Source: Octopus sinensis (Eukaryota). Taken from it: 64,000 nucleotides of DNA. The stretch lies in contig NC_043006.1 in the NCBI RefSeq assembly GCF_006345805.1, forward strand, positions 24,366,001-24,430,000. Direction: 5' to 3'. How positions within the stretch are numbered: the stretch's first letter is position 1; each line of letters begins with the position of its first letter. The position numbers were made by a program, and so were the translations under genes. Below the pieces are notes generated by a model. The model was given only the letters and a program-made list of their open reading frames with translations. It was not told where the DNA came from and ran no database searches. Shown here one piece after another: positions 38,980-53,787 of the stretch.

Positions 38980-39380
38980 TTTTACTCTCTCTTTTACTCG
39001 TTTCAGTCATTTGACTGCGGCCACGCTGGAGCACCGCCTTTAGTCGAGCAAATCAACCCCGGGACTTATTCTTTGTAAGCCCAGTTACTTCTATCGGTCT
39101 CTTTTGCCGAACCGCTAAGTGACGGGGACGTAAACACACCAGCATCGGTTGTCAAGCAAAGCTAGGGGGACAAACACAGACACACAAACATATACACACA
39201 CATACATATATATATATACATATATATGACAGGCTTCTTTCAGTTTCCGTCTACCAAATCCACTCACAAGGCTTTGGTCGGCCCGGGGCTATAGCAGAAG
39301 ACACTTGCCCAAGATGCCACGCAGTGGGACTGAACCCGGAACCATGTGGTTGGTTAGCAAGCTACTTACCTTACAGCCAC
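38980..39380 (-). mobile_element. Second copy of the same SINE, direct orientation
   Basis: Near-identical to 38291-38686. Confidence 0.9.
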
Positions 39381-39579
39381 AAAATACTATTGGTGATACA
39401 TAAAATCAATCTTATGAGTTTTGTGAAAATCAAGTGAAATAAAGTAAATATTTTACTAAGTATTCTCCCTTCTGCCAGACGATTGTCAAAACTTTTATAC
39501 TTAACTGGATCCCAGCAGACATCATTGTAACCATTAGATATACACACTGTTATATGCACTATTTAATAACTACCTATAA

Positions 39580-39774
39580 CAGTGGTTCCCAAACTATGAG
39601 TCGCGACCCACAAATGGGTCGCGAACAGAATCTTAGTGGGTCGCAAAAAGTTATAAAATTACGCTTTGATTAACTGCTGTCTATCGAGATAGTTCAAGAC
39701 TTATAAGTGTGTCGTCGTAAACTGGTGTGATAAATAGTGGGTCACGACTCTAAAAAATTGTTTGGGAACCACTG
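39580..39774. mobile_element. hAT (Charlie-like) MITE
   Basis: TIRs cagtggttcccaaac / gtttgggaaccactg with a perfect 8-bp TSD acctataa. Confidence 0.92.
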
Positions 39775-40059
39775 ACCTATAACAATATTACACTGCTGGT
39801 TATGACGTGTTAGGGTATTTGAAATACCTTTATCTATGGATCAAAATGTTTAATACACTAAAATATAATGCTCAAGGTTTATAAAAATACATAAAAAAAA
39901 ATAATAAAGGTTATAAAACATGTAAGAAAGTTTATATAACATCCTGTTCATTGATACTCCATATCACTAGTTAGTTGTTGAATTATTGTCTTTGTTTAAC
40001 CGGAGGTCAGTACTGATCAAGCAAACTTATGATCAAAAGGCACAGTAAAGAAGCACAGG

Positions 40060-40330
40060 TGTGACTGTGTGGTTAAGGTGGCACCTTGGAAGCCCTGCGC
40101 TGCCCAAAGTTTTGTGAGTGAATTTGGGAGGGAGGCAGAAATGGAAAGAAGCCCATTGTGTGTGTATATGTGAGTATGTTTATGCTTGTCCACCACCATT
40201 TGACAACTGGTATTGGTTTGTTCATGTCTCCATAACTTAGTGGTTCAGCAAAAGAGATTGATAGACTAAGTAGCAGGCTTTAAAAATAAATACTGGGGTC
40301 AATTTGTTTGACTAGGCCCTTCTATGCATG
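40060..40330 (+). mobile_element. Diverged SINE copy ending in a local inverted duplication
   Basis: Head, core and tail motifs of the 38291 family on the + strand. Confidence 0.7.
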
Positions 40331-40869
40331 GCTGCAATCTAATTACTTAATGGGCCTAGTCAAACAAATTGACCCTGGTACTTTTTATTCTTTTTATAAA
40401 AGACTAGCAGTAATACCGGTCATTGATCAGGTAATTAATTTTACTCTTTCTCAGGAACCACATTCAAAGTGTTATTATATATAGAGAGATTTACTCCTCC
40501 TGTATGTGTGTATTTATAAGGAAAAAACATGTAATAATTGAAGTAGAAAAAAGATCAATTTCATACATGAACTTCAGTTTGTTTATTACATGACAATAAT
40601 AAGTGAGTTGTATGTGTTATTTTATATATCAATACAGTAATGGCAATTATATAATACACAAGGTGCCACACAGTGGGACTGAAGCCAAGGCGACATGGTT
40701 GGAAAGCAAGCTTGTTAACCACAGTCACGCCTATAAAGAAGAGATACATTTTTGATAATATACGCCTTGATACAATATGCTTAACAAAAATATGGGATCT
40801 TTATAATGAGAAGACCTTTGATTTTAATATTTACTTGAACAACGCAACAACCAACAATGCTACACTATA

Positions 40870-41367
40870 CAGGGTGTTCCAGAATTAAATACCTGTTTCA
40901 ATGAAATTGAGTAATATATATATATATATATAAAAAAAAACTGACAGAATTTCATGTTTATTACCAAAACAATTAGATTTATAAATCTTTCATCAAACTT
41001 TCATTGAAAATTTTCAACATGTCTGTATCACTGCATACTTCAAATCTCTCTTTAGCATTGTGGAACACATTTTGAAGCATTTCAGGAGTTAGCTCCTGCA
41101 CTGCTAACTGAATGTGGTCTTTAAGCTCGGCTGAACGATTGCTCCATCTTGGGGATGGAGGTAAAGAAAATGATTGCTGCCAAATTGAGAAAAAGCTATC
41201 ATGGACAAATAAGAGGGATCCAACAGGAATGAAAATAAAATTATAAACAAAATTCAAACTTTATACACTTTTAACACATATTAAATATGATAAACATAAA
41301 TAAAATTGAGTTTTGAAAAAAATGAATCCAATTTCACTCAAATCATCATTAATCCTGGGACACCCTG
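40870..41367 (-). mobile_element. Tc1/mariner-superfamily deletion derivative (maT/rosa-like C-terminus)
   Basis: TA|cagggtgttccagaattaa ... ttaatcctgggacaccctg|TA. ELKDHIQLAVQELTPEMLQNVFHNAKERFEVC is a transposase C-terminus. Confidence 0.85.
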
Positions 41368-42369
41368 TATTTACTCGGCTGACTAAATGGGGGAAGGAAC
41401 ACAGTGGGGGACTAATTGCAGGTGGCAAGTGTAGCTTCTGGAAAAGGTCACATGGTCAAACTCTAATGGCTGTGAGTCACAACAGTTAGCAGTTTGTGTT
41501 TTTGTATGAACCTTTTGCATTATATAGTTCAGATGTGGATGACATAGAAAGCAGACATGCTGCCGGGCCATCCTGTGTTGCACAGGATTGGAAACATGAA
41601 ACATTAACAGGGCACTTCTGGAGAATGGACATATGGGTTTGTTGTGCCTTTACTCAGCTGCACACACATGCACATGGCCTGGTGGTGCGTGGGATGGTAA
41701 CATGAAGCATCAACAGGGCACTGACAAAAAATTTAATGTTCTTCTCATTTCCTCTGCCAAACTGGACAAAAAGGTTTTCATGAAATATTATACACTACTT
41801 ATAATGCGTAAGTAGTGTCAATATTTTATCATCGGAAAATGGCCTAAAACAAAGATAAAACCAAGTGCAGTATACTCAAATCTGATTAATCTGCATTTTT
41901 GGGGAGCCCATAATCGGTGATGGAAATTTTTTTTAGCTAACAGCAATTCAAGGAGCCTGATTAATGTTCATTGCAAATTTGGAGGAAAGCAACTGGATAC
42001 TCTGCAAGTAATAGGCCTTAACGCTGTGAAAATGTTTAAAAAATGTGGTTTATCTACCCCTGGGCCTGCATTAGGTGCTACAGTGAAAATTGCATGAAAC
42101 TACTGAACAAAAACTTTCACAATAATAATAATAATAATAATGATGATGATAATGATAATCCTTTCTACTATAAGCACATGGCCTGAAATTTGGGGAGAGG
42201 GGGCTCGTTGATTATTTTATCAACCCCAAAAGGATGAAAGGCAAAGATGACCTTAATGGAATTTCAACTCAGAACGTAAAGATGGATTAAATGTCATTTA
42301 GCATTTTGTCTGGCATGTTAATAATGATGATGATGATGATGATGATGATGATATTCAACCAATAACATG

Positions 42370-42480
42370 TCTTTTGCTAATGAGGAAACTATTGTCAGTG
42401 CTTTGGCCCATGAACTGTATAGATACTTAGAAAAAAGTGGACTGCTACCTATTGAACAGAAAGGGTGCCAAAAGAGCTTC
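42370..42480 (+). mobile_element. R4/Dong-like RT fragment
   Basis: LYRYLEKSGLLPIEQKGCQK matches the LP.EQKGC motif, and lies next to (GAT)n/(AAT)n repeats. Confidence 0.55.
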
Positions 42481-45400
42481 TTTTTTGCTTTGTTTTACTT
42501 TTACACTGGCAACCCTGCTTATAACTTGTATACTCATTTACACACAAGACAGTGCAGTAAGAGGTTGTGCTGCTCTATATAGGTGTGTACTGTCATACTG
42601 TGTAACTTCTTATTTTTCTAAGCCTGTGACTGCTTTTATTGGTATACTTATATTTATTTCCTTTCTTTCAGATTATGTCTGCCTTTGCTGTTACTTGTCG
42701 TAAGTATCTAATTCCTTTTGCTATATCTGTGGCAGTTTCACCATTCCCAGTTAAAGGACAAACATCGGCACATTTGTCAAGTGAGACTATTTTGCATATT
42801 TTTTAGTAAGACGAATCTTGGGCCCCTTACAAGGTGTACCAAACACATGTAGAATTTTAAATAAAGTGATGAAAATAATGTTAGTTTTGAAATCAACTTT
42901 CTCCAAAACAGCTTTTTATTACTCAGTTTTCAATTGACAATTTTGTCTTTGTACATAAATGAAGGAAGAACAAAGGACAAATGAATTAACATAGTTAAGA
43001 TTCTTGTAGTAATGCTTTGGCTCACAGATGGTCATTTTCCCAACTCTGAAACTGTCTAATTCTAAAATAAGCTAACAACAGAGAAACAGAAATAACTACA
43101 AACACTATTTTCCATCAGTAAATATATTACATAGACATGTATGTCTGTATGCGCACACGTGTGTGTGTGTGTGTACACACATGCACACATATTTGAACTT
43201 GTCTGTTTGTGCATATATGGTGATTTGTAAGTTCCTTTAGCACATAAATCATAAAAAAAAACTTTTGATTTAAAATTTGTTACAATTTTTGGTACATATA
43301 ATATATGCACATACACATAAAAACATATGTGTACATACACACACACACATGTATATTAGAAACAAATGTCAGTAATGAGAGAGTATTCATTGTCCTAAAA
43401 TTGATACAATAAATAAAGTGGATCAGACCAAGAGCAAAAGATTCATAATCTCTCCAAACTCCAGAATTATAAGTTCAGGCCTTAAAGTTACTTTGTTCTG
43501 GCTTCTGGTTAAAACACTAACAAAATTTGTTCTAGTTTGTGTGGTTAGTGGACATTAGAAAGTATATTTATTCATTATATATATATCTTTTATATTTTAC
43601 TTGTTTCATGCTGGGGCACTGCCTTGAAGAGTTTAGTCAAACAAATCAATGCCAGTACTTATTTTTTAAATCAATACCAGTACATTGACCTCTTTTGGTG
43701 AATCACTAAGTTACAACGATGTAAACATACACGCAGATGCATACACATGTTAGCAACAAACTAGAAGAATCAGTAGTCAACACTGAGAAGATAAACAATT
43801 CCTTTTAATAGAATTTGTGTTAATTTTCCGGAACCCAAGATTTCATGCAGATAAAATCAACAAATTCCCAATCAGAATTCAAATCACATATGCCATTCTA
43901 ACTTTAGAGTGGATGTCAGCTATAACGGTGGAGTATATGGATACATTGTTTTATTGTTTTCAATCACTGGACCATAGCCATATGCCTTTATAGATTTGGT
44001 TGATAATTAACCCAATATCTTGTCTGGTCCTATTTTATCAGGCTTGTATGGTAGAATTGCAAAGTCTACTGGAAGTAAAGGGATGGCATGGAATACGATA
44101 TGGCTGTTTTTGATTCACTTACCAATTCTGCACTCTCTTACCAATACACACACTTTTGATGGTTATTTGCAGAGTTCCAGTAAAGTTTTGGTCAACTTGT
44201 AGCCAATATATAAAACATTTATACAACAGCTTTGGGTAAAGTGCAGAACAGCTGGATTGAGCTGGGACCCATCAAACTGTAAGGTGACCTCAACTGCACA
44301 TACAAAATACTTAACCTGTTTCCAAAATCTACTGAAGGTCAGAAAAATTTTAATATAAAAACTTATTTAGGCACAACACCTGTAATTTTTTGAGGGGTGA
44401 GGATAGTTGATTAAATCGACTCAGAGTTCAACTGGTACTTGGCAGGATTTAAATTCAAAACATCACGAGTTGGAACAAATACCCCAAGGCATTTTGTCAC
44501 ATGCTCTAATGATTCAGTCAAGTCACTACCCTAGTTGTTGTCATTGTCCTTGTTATAGTAGTAGTAGTAAGTTAGAAGCTCCAATATGCAAGAAATTGAG
44601 AATGAAATGACAGTTCATGAAAGGAGGGGTTGGAAATTGGCAGAGGAGGTTAACAGATCTGTAAAAATATAGATGTGTACCATCAGTGGATATTATTACT
44701 GGCAGAGGATGATACAAAGAGAAAATGGGAAATATTAGATATTCTAAAAGAAAATGACAGGTGTGAAAAGTAATCAAAGCAGAGGAGAATGATAAAGAAC
44801 AGGCAAGTATCCAACAGAATTGAATAGAATTCATAGACGAAACATTGACATAATGTCTTGTGTGTGTGTGCGTATAGTGAACAGTGTTAAACAAAAATCT
44901 CTTTCAATAATAGCATTGAAATGGACAAATTTTTGAACAACTACAAAATGAGAGAGAGAGTGTGTGTGTGTGTTTATAAAACTGAAACAAATAGCTGTTA
45001 ACAGCATTCGATTATAGGTTACTTTCAAAAGTAAGAATGTACACACACGCACACACAAAGAATAGTGGGAGAAAAAAATAATGCATGTGTTAATAAGTTT
45101 GGTATGATTTTTTTCTAAAATTCTGATAATCTTTGTACAAGTGGAAGAGCAAAATAAAAATATACTTCCAAGGCTATACATCATAATACTGAATGCAAAG
45201 TTTAGAGCATCATTCAATGATTATCAAGTGTTTATTAAGAAGTTATTCACAACAGAAACAAGCAGCACCATAACAGTCCAAAGTTAGAAATTCTTTGTTT
45301 GTCTAGTTTGACTGAAGTTTGTTTTACAATCCTAGTTTTCATTATAATACTGACACAGCACCTGCGACAAGTGTCTACAGCAGTGAAATTAGGTAAGCAG

Positions 45401-47332
45401 AAATTATGTAAAAGCTTGTTGGATAGATTGTATACACAGCTTAACTACACAGAGTCTGCTGGAGTATTGCATGAAGCGTATACATCATTGTCTGTGAAGT
45501 ACTCGGCTACTTACACTAAAATACAATAAAGAAGTAATAGATCTACTGAGTGAACAACTCGAACAGTTGTCTGTTGAAGCTGATATCATGTGTAAGATGT
45601 AAATAGTACATGTTCTTAGGTAATTATGTCAGAGATGTTTTAGGGTAAAAGACAGCATTCTGCTCCAAGTTATTGTTGTCTGACAGTAAGAAAGGTAAAC
45701 ATACGAGTGTTATTTCTGTAATCTCTTTCCTGTCTATATTTATTGTTTGCTTTTGATATCAACCCACCTGACTTTGCCTTTAGTTCTTTGACACAAAACC
45801 TATTTTAATGTGTTTGTATCTGTATTAAAACATTCCATCATAATTTTATATAAGAACTTTTTGTTAAGTTATACCTTAATAATAATAATAATAATAATAA
45901 TAATTTCTGATTTAGACTCAAGGCCAGTAATTTTAAAGAAGGATTTAGTCAATACTATTTGACCCCAGTGCTTGACTGGTAGTTTATCAACTCCAGAGGG
46001 ATAAATAGCAAAGTTGACTTTGGCAGAATTTGAACTCAGAATATAAACAGCTGGAAGATGTTCTACAAGACATTTTGTCCAAAACTGTAACAATTCTGCC
46101 AATTCACAACTTTCACTACAATAATAAAATAATAATATAATAATTATAGTTTCTTACATCAGCACAGGCCACAGTCTTGGGGACAGAGAAACAATTGATT
46201 AAACACAGCCTAGTATTTAACTGATACTTTATTTTATTAACTCCAGAATGGAGACAAGGCAAAGTTGACCTCAGTGAGATATGAACTCAGAATGTAAAGA
46301 GCTTGAAGAATGGCCACTCATTGCCTTTATCATAATAATTCTAATTTTAACACAAGATCAGTGGTTTTGAGGGAAGGGGGAGTTGATTACATTGATTCTA
46401 GTGCTCAACTGGTACTTATGTAGTGGATCTTGCATGCATGAAGTGGATTCGATCCACCATAGCCAAATTTAAATTAACACTGCAACAGAATTTTTCCCAC
46501 GGTGGAACAATGGTTTTTCTCTGACAGCAGTTTTACATTTTCCAGATGCCTTTAGCTAGGCGCGAAATAATGTCTTCACCACTTGACTCTTTCTAACCTC
46601 TTCTAATCCACCAAAAGCTAGAATAGAGATAACAAGACCACCAACTATATTAATGATATATCTATCCTTCTGGATAGTTCTAAAAGCAAGAACCCCCAAG
46701 TAGTCTCTTGACAACAACTGAGTGAGGTGGCTCGTGATGACACAATTAGGGAATGGACTGCTAGAATCATGATCACAAAGAATGCAGCTACTAAAGACAA
46801 TGGTCAGCAAGAGAAATGAAATTTACTGTCAGCAACTGTGAGACAATGTCCCACAACCCTACAACTTTCACTAGTTCTAATTCTGTTCTCTTACAACATC
46901 ATCTATCGCTATCTGTGGATTACTACTAACAATTTGTGTACGCCAAACTATGCAAAAAAAAAAAAAATTCTACCACGTCTAACTTTCTTTCGCATGCTCT
47001 TGGATGTTATAACCTGCCCATCGAGGTATGATATTTTTCAACGTAATTGTAAATAAATACTTTCTTAAAACTTCATGCATTGTTCATCTTTCACATCCTA
47101 CAGTATGCAATTATAACAACAAATTTTTATCATTACAACTGCTGACTCCGACATTTCATAATATTGTTTACCTAATCATATTTATCGTTACACTTATTTT
47201 ACTGACCTCTAAAATGATGAAAGGCAAAGTTGACCTTGATGGTATTTGAACTCAGAACATAAAACGCCAGAAGAAATGCCACTTTTTTTTTTTTCCCGGT
47301 GTGCAAATGACTCTGCCAGCTCACAGCTTTAA

Positions 47333-47394
<62 letters not shown>

Positions 47395-47439
47395 TAATAA
47401 TAATAAATAATAATATAATAATAATAATAATAATAATAT

Positions 47440-47910
47440 ATACATTGTTTCGTTTTGGTATAAAAGATGGGCTACAGCAAATATTCTGATCAATACCACA
47501 GATTTACTTGTCAGTTGTTTGACCATAACCAGTTGATTATGTCCCTTAGTGGCAGACGATATGTACATCTCTGATCATGAGCAAAAATAGTGGGGGAGCA
47601 TTGTAGCCATGTGTTGAGAGGAATCCTCTGGAAACATGGGTGTTTTGTTCATCATCCTCAAAACAAATCCTATTCAGGGACCTAATGAGTGGGATAGGCT
47701 ACTCGACCTGGTGAAAATTCTAACTGGGCTCCACCTGCAAGGTCATGTGCTGTTTATCTTGATACGAGATCATCATGTCACGTACATATGGTTGCGATGC
47801 ATGTGCCTAGTGTACCCTTATCAGACACGAGTAGTCATGATGGGTATATTGAGCTTCATATATTTGTACCCCAGTGTCACTTTGATACCATGCACTGCTC
47901 TCTCACTCAG
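47440..47910 (+). mobile_element. Third copy of the (TAA)n-flanked about 550-bp element
   Basis: Reverse complement of the 32110 and 32670 copies, with (aat)n on both sides. Confidence 0.85.
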
Positions 47911-47924
47911 TAATAATAATAATG

Positions 47925-47949
<25 letters not shown>

Positions 47950-47956
<7 letters not shown>

Positions 47957-48140
47957 ACAAGAGATATGACAGGTTAGCTTGGGAAGTTAAGCAGTTGTGG
48001 TCGATGAAAAAGGTAGCAGTAGTACCAATAATTGTCAAAATCCTGGGAACAGTGAGTAAAAATCTTGAGAAGTACATAGAACAAATAGGGGCTGCAATAA
48101 GGGTGAAGCACTTGCAGAAAACAGCACTTTCCATAACAAA
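47950..48140 (+). mobile_element. R4/Dong-type (RLE) non-LTR retrotransposon 3' fragment
   Basis: RYDRLAWEVKQLWSMKKVAVVPIIVKILGTVSKNLEKY...HLQKTAL matches the RLE C-terminal motif, and begins directly after (aat)n. Confidence 0.75.
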
Positions 48141-49539
48141 ACTGGTAGAAATATTTGAAACAATATTAACCAGAAATATTAACGAATGAGAACAAACCAT
48201 AATACCAATTTAAAAATTGGTCAGTGAAATTGAAATTACTGAAAAGGTCACAATTGCATGATGAAAAGTTTTGGACTATATAGCTAAAAATGAAGTGAGT
48301 GACAACCAGTGTGTATGTATTTATTGGCAGTATGACCCTTCCAAAGTATAACAACATCACTTTTGGCACGCAATTTCAGATTGAAATTTTTGAAACATAA
48401 ATTCAAAATTAAAATGCTCTTAAACAGATTATATGTTTGCACTATACACCTTAGCTCACTCCCTCTATATGTACCAGTGTTCTTAGTATATTTGCACTAT
48501 CAGTCAACAATATATGGAAGGAAGTGTGTTGCTTTATTGTCATTGTTGTTGTTTAGCTCTAGCTCAGCTCTGAATGAGAAAAAAACCTATACTTAAAAGT
48601 ATTCCAGATGAAAGATAACATTAACTAAAGTATTCTTTTGTCTTTAAAATGATAGAGTGGCAGGCTAACTTTCATAAATAACCATTTAACAGTCAGATCT
48701 AAACTATTCCAAATTTGATATCTCAGTGTTTATTACCACCAAAATACAACCTTGTTTCAACAAATTTCTATTCAGTAATCATAATTAATTTTGTTAGTAA
48801 CATATTACTTGCTTCTCTCTCTCTCTCATTCCCAGATCACTTTGTTAGTGTACACTCATCTACTGAACATTACAAATACTGCAATTCACATTTGTTGTAT
48901 TTCTTTTTTAGGTCATACCTCAGCACCACAATATAGTAGTGAGATCTACACACACACGAACCAAAACCATAGCCTTCCCTATAGTCACAGCCTACTGCTA
49001 TCACATTAGACTAATGTAGTCCTGGATCTGTAAAGAATTATGATGGGTCTACTCGATATCTGGGTTAAATTGGAGCTAAACAACACAAGCACAAACTGTA
49101 GATAATTTAATTTCTATAATATTACCATCACAAATATATCTAAAAACCTAATTAGAAGACTTTGCTAACTAGACATGCAGAAATTAAAATAATGGCTCTT
49201 GTATGCAATGCCATTCCACAGAGACTGCCAGGTGAATGACTGCATTGTCAGCACATCTGAAAATGCCATACCTACAATGGATTAACAAATTGTCCTGTAT
49301 ACAATGCAACACAATTGTTTGAAAGTAAAATTAGATAGCACTCAATTCAATATATTGTTCATTATATATAACAAAATGTAGAATGCCTTAATTTTCTCTC
49401 TAACACACACTTTTTCATTGTATATAAATTTAATAAAATTCAGATAGGCATTAAAACTATCTCTCTCTCTCTCTCTCTGGTTTTCTATATCTCAACTAAC
49501 ACAGAATTTCATTATTTCAGTTTCAAGCACCAATTTCTA

Positions 49540-50316
49540 TTAGGTGGTATTAAAAAGTTCCCAGACTAGTGATACACTGGTCCCAGCATTCCTGCTACTT
49601 TTGGAATCTGGCCTGGAAGTCGTTTTCCATAAGCAAGTCAAGAACCTTCTGTGATTCACACTTGATCTCAACAACAGTGTTAAAACACTGATCTTTAAGC
49701 TACATTTTCATCTTAGAGAAGAGATGGAAGTCTGCTGGTTCTAAATCTGGCAAATAGAATAGATGCAGAAGTGATACCATGTTGTTTTTGTGAGCAGAGC
49801 TTGGTGAAGAATCCACTTCTTTGCTTTCTGTAGATTCAGTTGCTTTCACCGAATGTCCTCTCTCAAATGCTTCAAAACATCATAGTAGAACACTCAATTG
49901 ATGGTCTAGCCTTGGGGTACAAATTCTTGATGCACAATACCACATTTCCAGGTGTGACAATTGTAGCAGGTCTTCCAGGGAGGTTCTTCTGCTTTTGAAG
50001 CGGCTGTGCCACTCGAAACATTGTGTTCAGCCCATTGCCTCATCACCATAAGCTTGCTGAAGCATGCTCAATGTTTCTTATAGCAGACTTCCCAAATTTA
50101 ATGCAAATTTCATGTTGGCTCTTTGTTCCTGTCCATGACAAAACTGACTACAGCATACGTGTGATCACAAAATACACAAATTTCACAACTTGCCAAGTAA
50201 ACACAGTAATGTCATTCAGCATACAGTCACATGAAGATCACTGCTAGTTCTCCCTTTGCACACATCTGTATGTTGCCATCTGTTGGCACACTACAGAACC
50301 TTTTGACACCACCTCG
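49540..50316 (-). mobile_element. Internally deleted mariner element
   Basis: TIRs ttaggtggtattaaaaagttc / gaaccttttgacaccacctcg|TA. LQQAYGDEAM..TQCFEWHSRFK at the N-terminus and PADFHLFSKMK...W..CI at the C-terminus. Confidence 0.88.
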
Positions 50317-50442
50317 TACATAACTAACAGCATTGTCCACCTTTACAATGGTGTAGTGTTAATGATTTATTTACTTATATTTGTAGCAAATTCAGATAAC
50401 AACAGTCTGTCAGGGGATGAGCCAATGAAGGAAGCTCCAATG

Positions 50443-50992
50443 CAGTGGTTCTCAAAATGGAGTCTGTGGTGCCCGAGGAGACTACGAAAGGACACTGAAG
50501 TATCATGAAAACAGGATGACTTGAGACAGTTAAGTTTTAAAATTTCAAGACTTTCAATTTGTCGCATGCTATCATCTTTTCTTGTCATTGGCCTCAAAAA
50601 CCCATGTCACTCCTACACACTCATTTGCTAATCCCACTTGTACAACAAGGGTGATTGGTCGATAGAAAATATGCAGATATAATGGTTGATCATACATGTG
50701 CTGTTGGTATTTTTCGTTTCTCATTCATCTTGTAACCGAGTGATCAACTGATTCCTCATATTTTCATGTGCATTTATTGTATCCCAATGGGGCATTGCCT
50801 GGATTAAGTTGTGGTTTTCAGGGTTGCAGATCTATGGGTAATGTGGTTCATAGTCAGGAATTCATGGTACATGAATGTATGTCATTTTTTCCCCATGTTG
50901 ATTACCTCACCTTTTATAGGGGACTGCGAATCATTGAAAAAACTGTGAGGAGACTGGCACATAAAATCTTTTGAAAAGTTTGAGAACCACTG
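50443..50992. mobile_element. hAT-type non-autonomous element
   Basis: TIRs cagtggttctcaaa / tttgagaaccactg. Imperfect 8-bp TSD ctccaatg / ttctaatg. Confidence 0.8.
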
Positions 50993-51090
50993 TTCTAATG
51001 TGTTTACTTGCCATGGTAGACACAGTAACCAAATCTTCCTCAAATCACATATCTTAAAAAAGTAAGGACCCATTGGAGAAAGTAGGCTTA

Positions 51091-51400
51091 CGAGTGTGGG
51101 CTGAAAAGTTCATAGGCTAGTCAGTGAAGGAGTGATGCTAGAGCTGTGAAATCTGGCATGCATTAATTTCAACCCTTAATAACTGCATTGTTTCTTTCCA
51201 GGTAAACTGATATCTGACTGTCCAACAAAGACTTCAAAAGTAACAAGCAGTGACTTCTCTTGAAAACGCCAAAATCTGGCATTGAGGTGCTATCAAGTAC
51301 CTGCAGAAAAACAGTTTAGCTCTCAGTGACATTCACACTGAAATAATCGTTACATTAGGGATGATGCCCCAACTTTATCAACAGTGCAAAAGTGGGGATA
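51091..51400 (+). mobile_element. Mariner 5' fragment (same family as 58260)
   Basis: TA|cgagtgtgggctgaaaagttcatagg terminus, and IWH.GAIKYLQK...STVQKW. Confidence 0.75.
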
Positions 51401-52296
51401 GTCAAGAGAAGAAGGCATTTTGCCATATATCATCTTGTTTAGGGTTGACCACACACAAAATAATAACAAGATCATCAAAGTCTTGACATTGTGGGAGTCT
51501 TCACAGGGTCACTATCTGCTGGAAGAAATAGCAGTCTTAAAAAAAGGAAGGATGAATTAGATAATGTGTCTGAATACAGGTAAAACTTTGATCAATAGGT
51601 CTGACTGATCAGGACTGATTTGAGGCTAAACAACTAACAGCAAGGCATGGACAAAACTATGAGAAGCATTAAAAATATGAGTTTATTGCTAATAGAGTCT
51701 CAGCTATGATTATAAATGTACAACACATACACACACATACAGTGTAGTTTTATAAAAAATCCAAAGTTATAAAAGAAGAAATTTTTTCTTTTCCAGAATT
51801 CATGAACAGTAGTTAAAAATAAATTTAAAAAATGGGAGTACCTTTTATTTTTTTCATATAACAATTTCATTACCATCAATAACTTACATATTAAAGAACC
51901 ATAAATGATACATACCTAATAATTTATTTACATGGTTTTCCTGTACATCATCAGATTCTTTTAAAACTCCTTTTCGTATTAACTCCTCTCGTGTAGAACG
52001 CATAGATATTTTTCTCTCTAAATCTGAAAGCAAGAGAAATATATATGAATACACACACATACATATATATATAGAAATTATGACACCAGAAATATTCTTT
52101 CAAATGTTAAGAAAAGAAATCCTTAAAAAACAAAATGGAAGTAAAAGATAACACAAAATAGGATCTTCAATATGTTACTTAGAATAGATTGAGAAAGGAA
52201 ATAAAATTGTTTTAATAGCTGTTTTTTTTTTCTTGGGGGGGGGGGTTGACAGCATCTAATATTGTATGGGTAATTTCAAACTAATTAAAAAATATA

Positions 52297-52795
52297 TTGG
52301 GTCATCCCATAAATAATGCAGTGTTTTCAACTGCATGAAGTAAAAGTCGGAGGGGAATGTGATAAACTACCTGCATCAACTTGCTATAAAAGCAGGTAGT
52401 AATTTTAACTTTTGTTTATTCTTAATGCAAGTTTTGAAGAATGCTGTTCAATTTTAACAGTTATTTTTTTGAAGTTATAATGGAAGTAGCAAAGGAGAAT
52501 ATTTGGCATATTTTACTGTATGAGTTCAATAAAGGCAACAACTGGAGGAATATTAATGCAGTATATGGGGATTGAACAAGAAGTGTAATTCAGTGTCAAC
52601 AGTGGTTCCAGAAATTCCAAGCCAATGACTACAGCTTAGAAAATGAGCCTCGTCCAGGAAGATCTGTAGAACTCAAAAAGGATGTCCTGCAAAACCTGGT
52701 GGGACAAAATCTCATCGTAACTGTTGGGGAGCTAGCAGAGATGCTTGGATTTAGTCATTCAACCATTCGACACCTGCATGCCATTGGTGAAATCT
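52297..52795 (+). mobile_element. Mariner 5' fragment
   Basis: MEVAKENIWHILLYEFNKG...QCQQWFQKFQANDYSLENEPRPGRS...ELAEMLGFSHSTI. Confidence 0.85.
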
Positions 52796-53734
52796 GATTT
52801 AAGCAGACTTGGTTGCTATCTCTGACAGATTGAACTACTATGGCAGAGATACCCAATTGTAGGTTGTTTAGCTCCAAGCTAAACGTTATCATGCAAACTG
52901 ATTTACGCTCAAAGGTGCTCCAAATATAGCAATCCTCTTATTGAGACATAAGGTCTTTGCATTTATGAACAACCATGTATCTCACTTTCTGGTGAGAATG
53001 AAGTCAACCTGGCTAGTGATTGATTGATTGATAGGTGAACAGGTGACTGGCTGGCTTCCAGAAGTTGGTGTTGCAGATTATTAGGTTATTTGCATCACAT
53101 AACTCCAGTAGCCTTGTTCCCTCCTTATTACAGAACCAACTCTACGGCCACCATATACATCACTGGAGACATTTGGATGCTACTCAACATATCCATTGAA
53201 ATCAGTCAGTCTCACACACACACACACACAAAGGGCTTTTTTCAGTTCTCTCAAACCTTCTTATCTTGCCCTGCTATTTAACACCATCATATCACGTGCG
53301 AAATGTCCAGCTGCTAAGTGAAGAAACTTTAACATATATTAGTAACAAGCTAACATTCTTAAGTTAAAATAACTTCATAAATTGTAATTCGTTACTTTCT
53401 CTAAAAACTTCTAGAATTGTATCCCTTTAAATACTTTACATAATTCTCATGTGTTTTTATTCTTCTTTGCTTCACTATTGCCCTTTGCTGGTATTTTGAT
53501 TGATTTTGTGGTGAAGCTAGCCATTTCTTCCATTCTATGTTCGTGATGCGCCCACCCTTTCCTGCCCCACCACCAATACCAGAAAACCCTTCTCTTGTAC
53601 AGGAAATCCCTTCTCTTATACTGGTAAACTCTCCCCTTATACTGGAAGCTCCCACAGGGCTATGCCTCACTTCTGCACCAAAAGACTTACATACCTCTAT
53701 CCCTCCCTCCCTCCCTCCCTCTCTCTCTCTCTCT

Positions 53735-53787
<53 letters not shown>

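Noticed and set aside
46556-46810. 84-aa minus-strand ORF after a strong acceptor
   Set aside because: No recognisable family, and competing broken frames exist on both strands, so it is undecidable from sequence.
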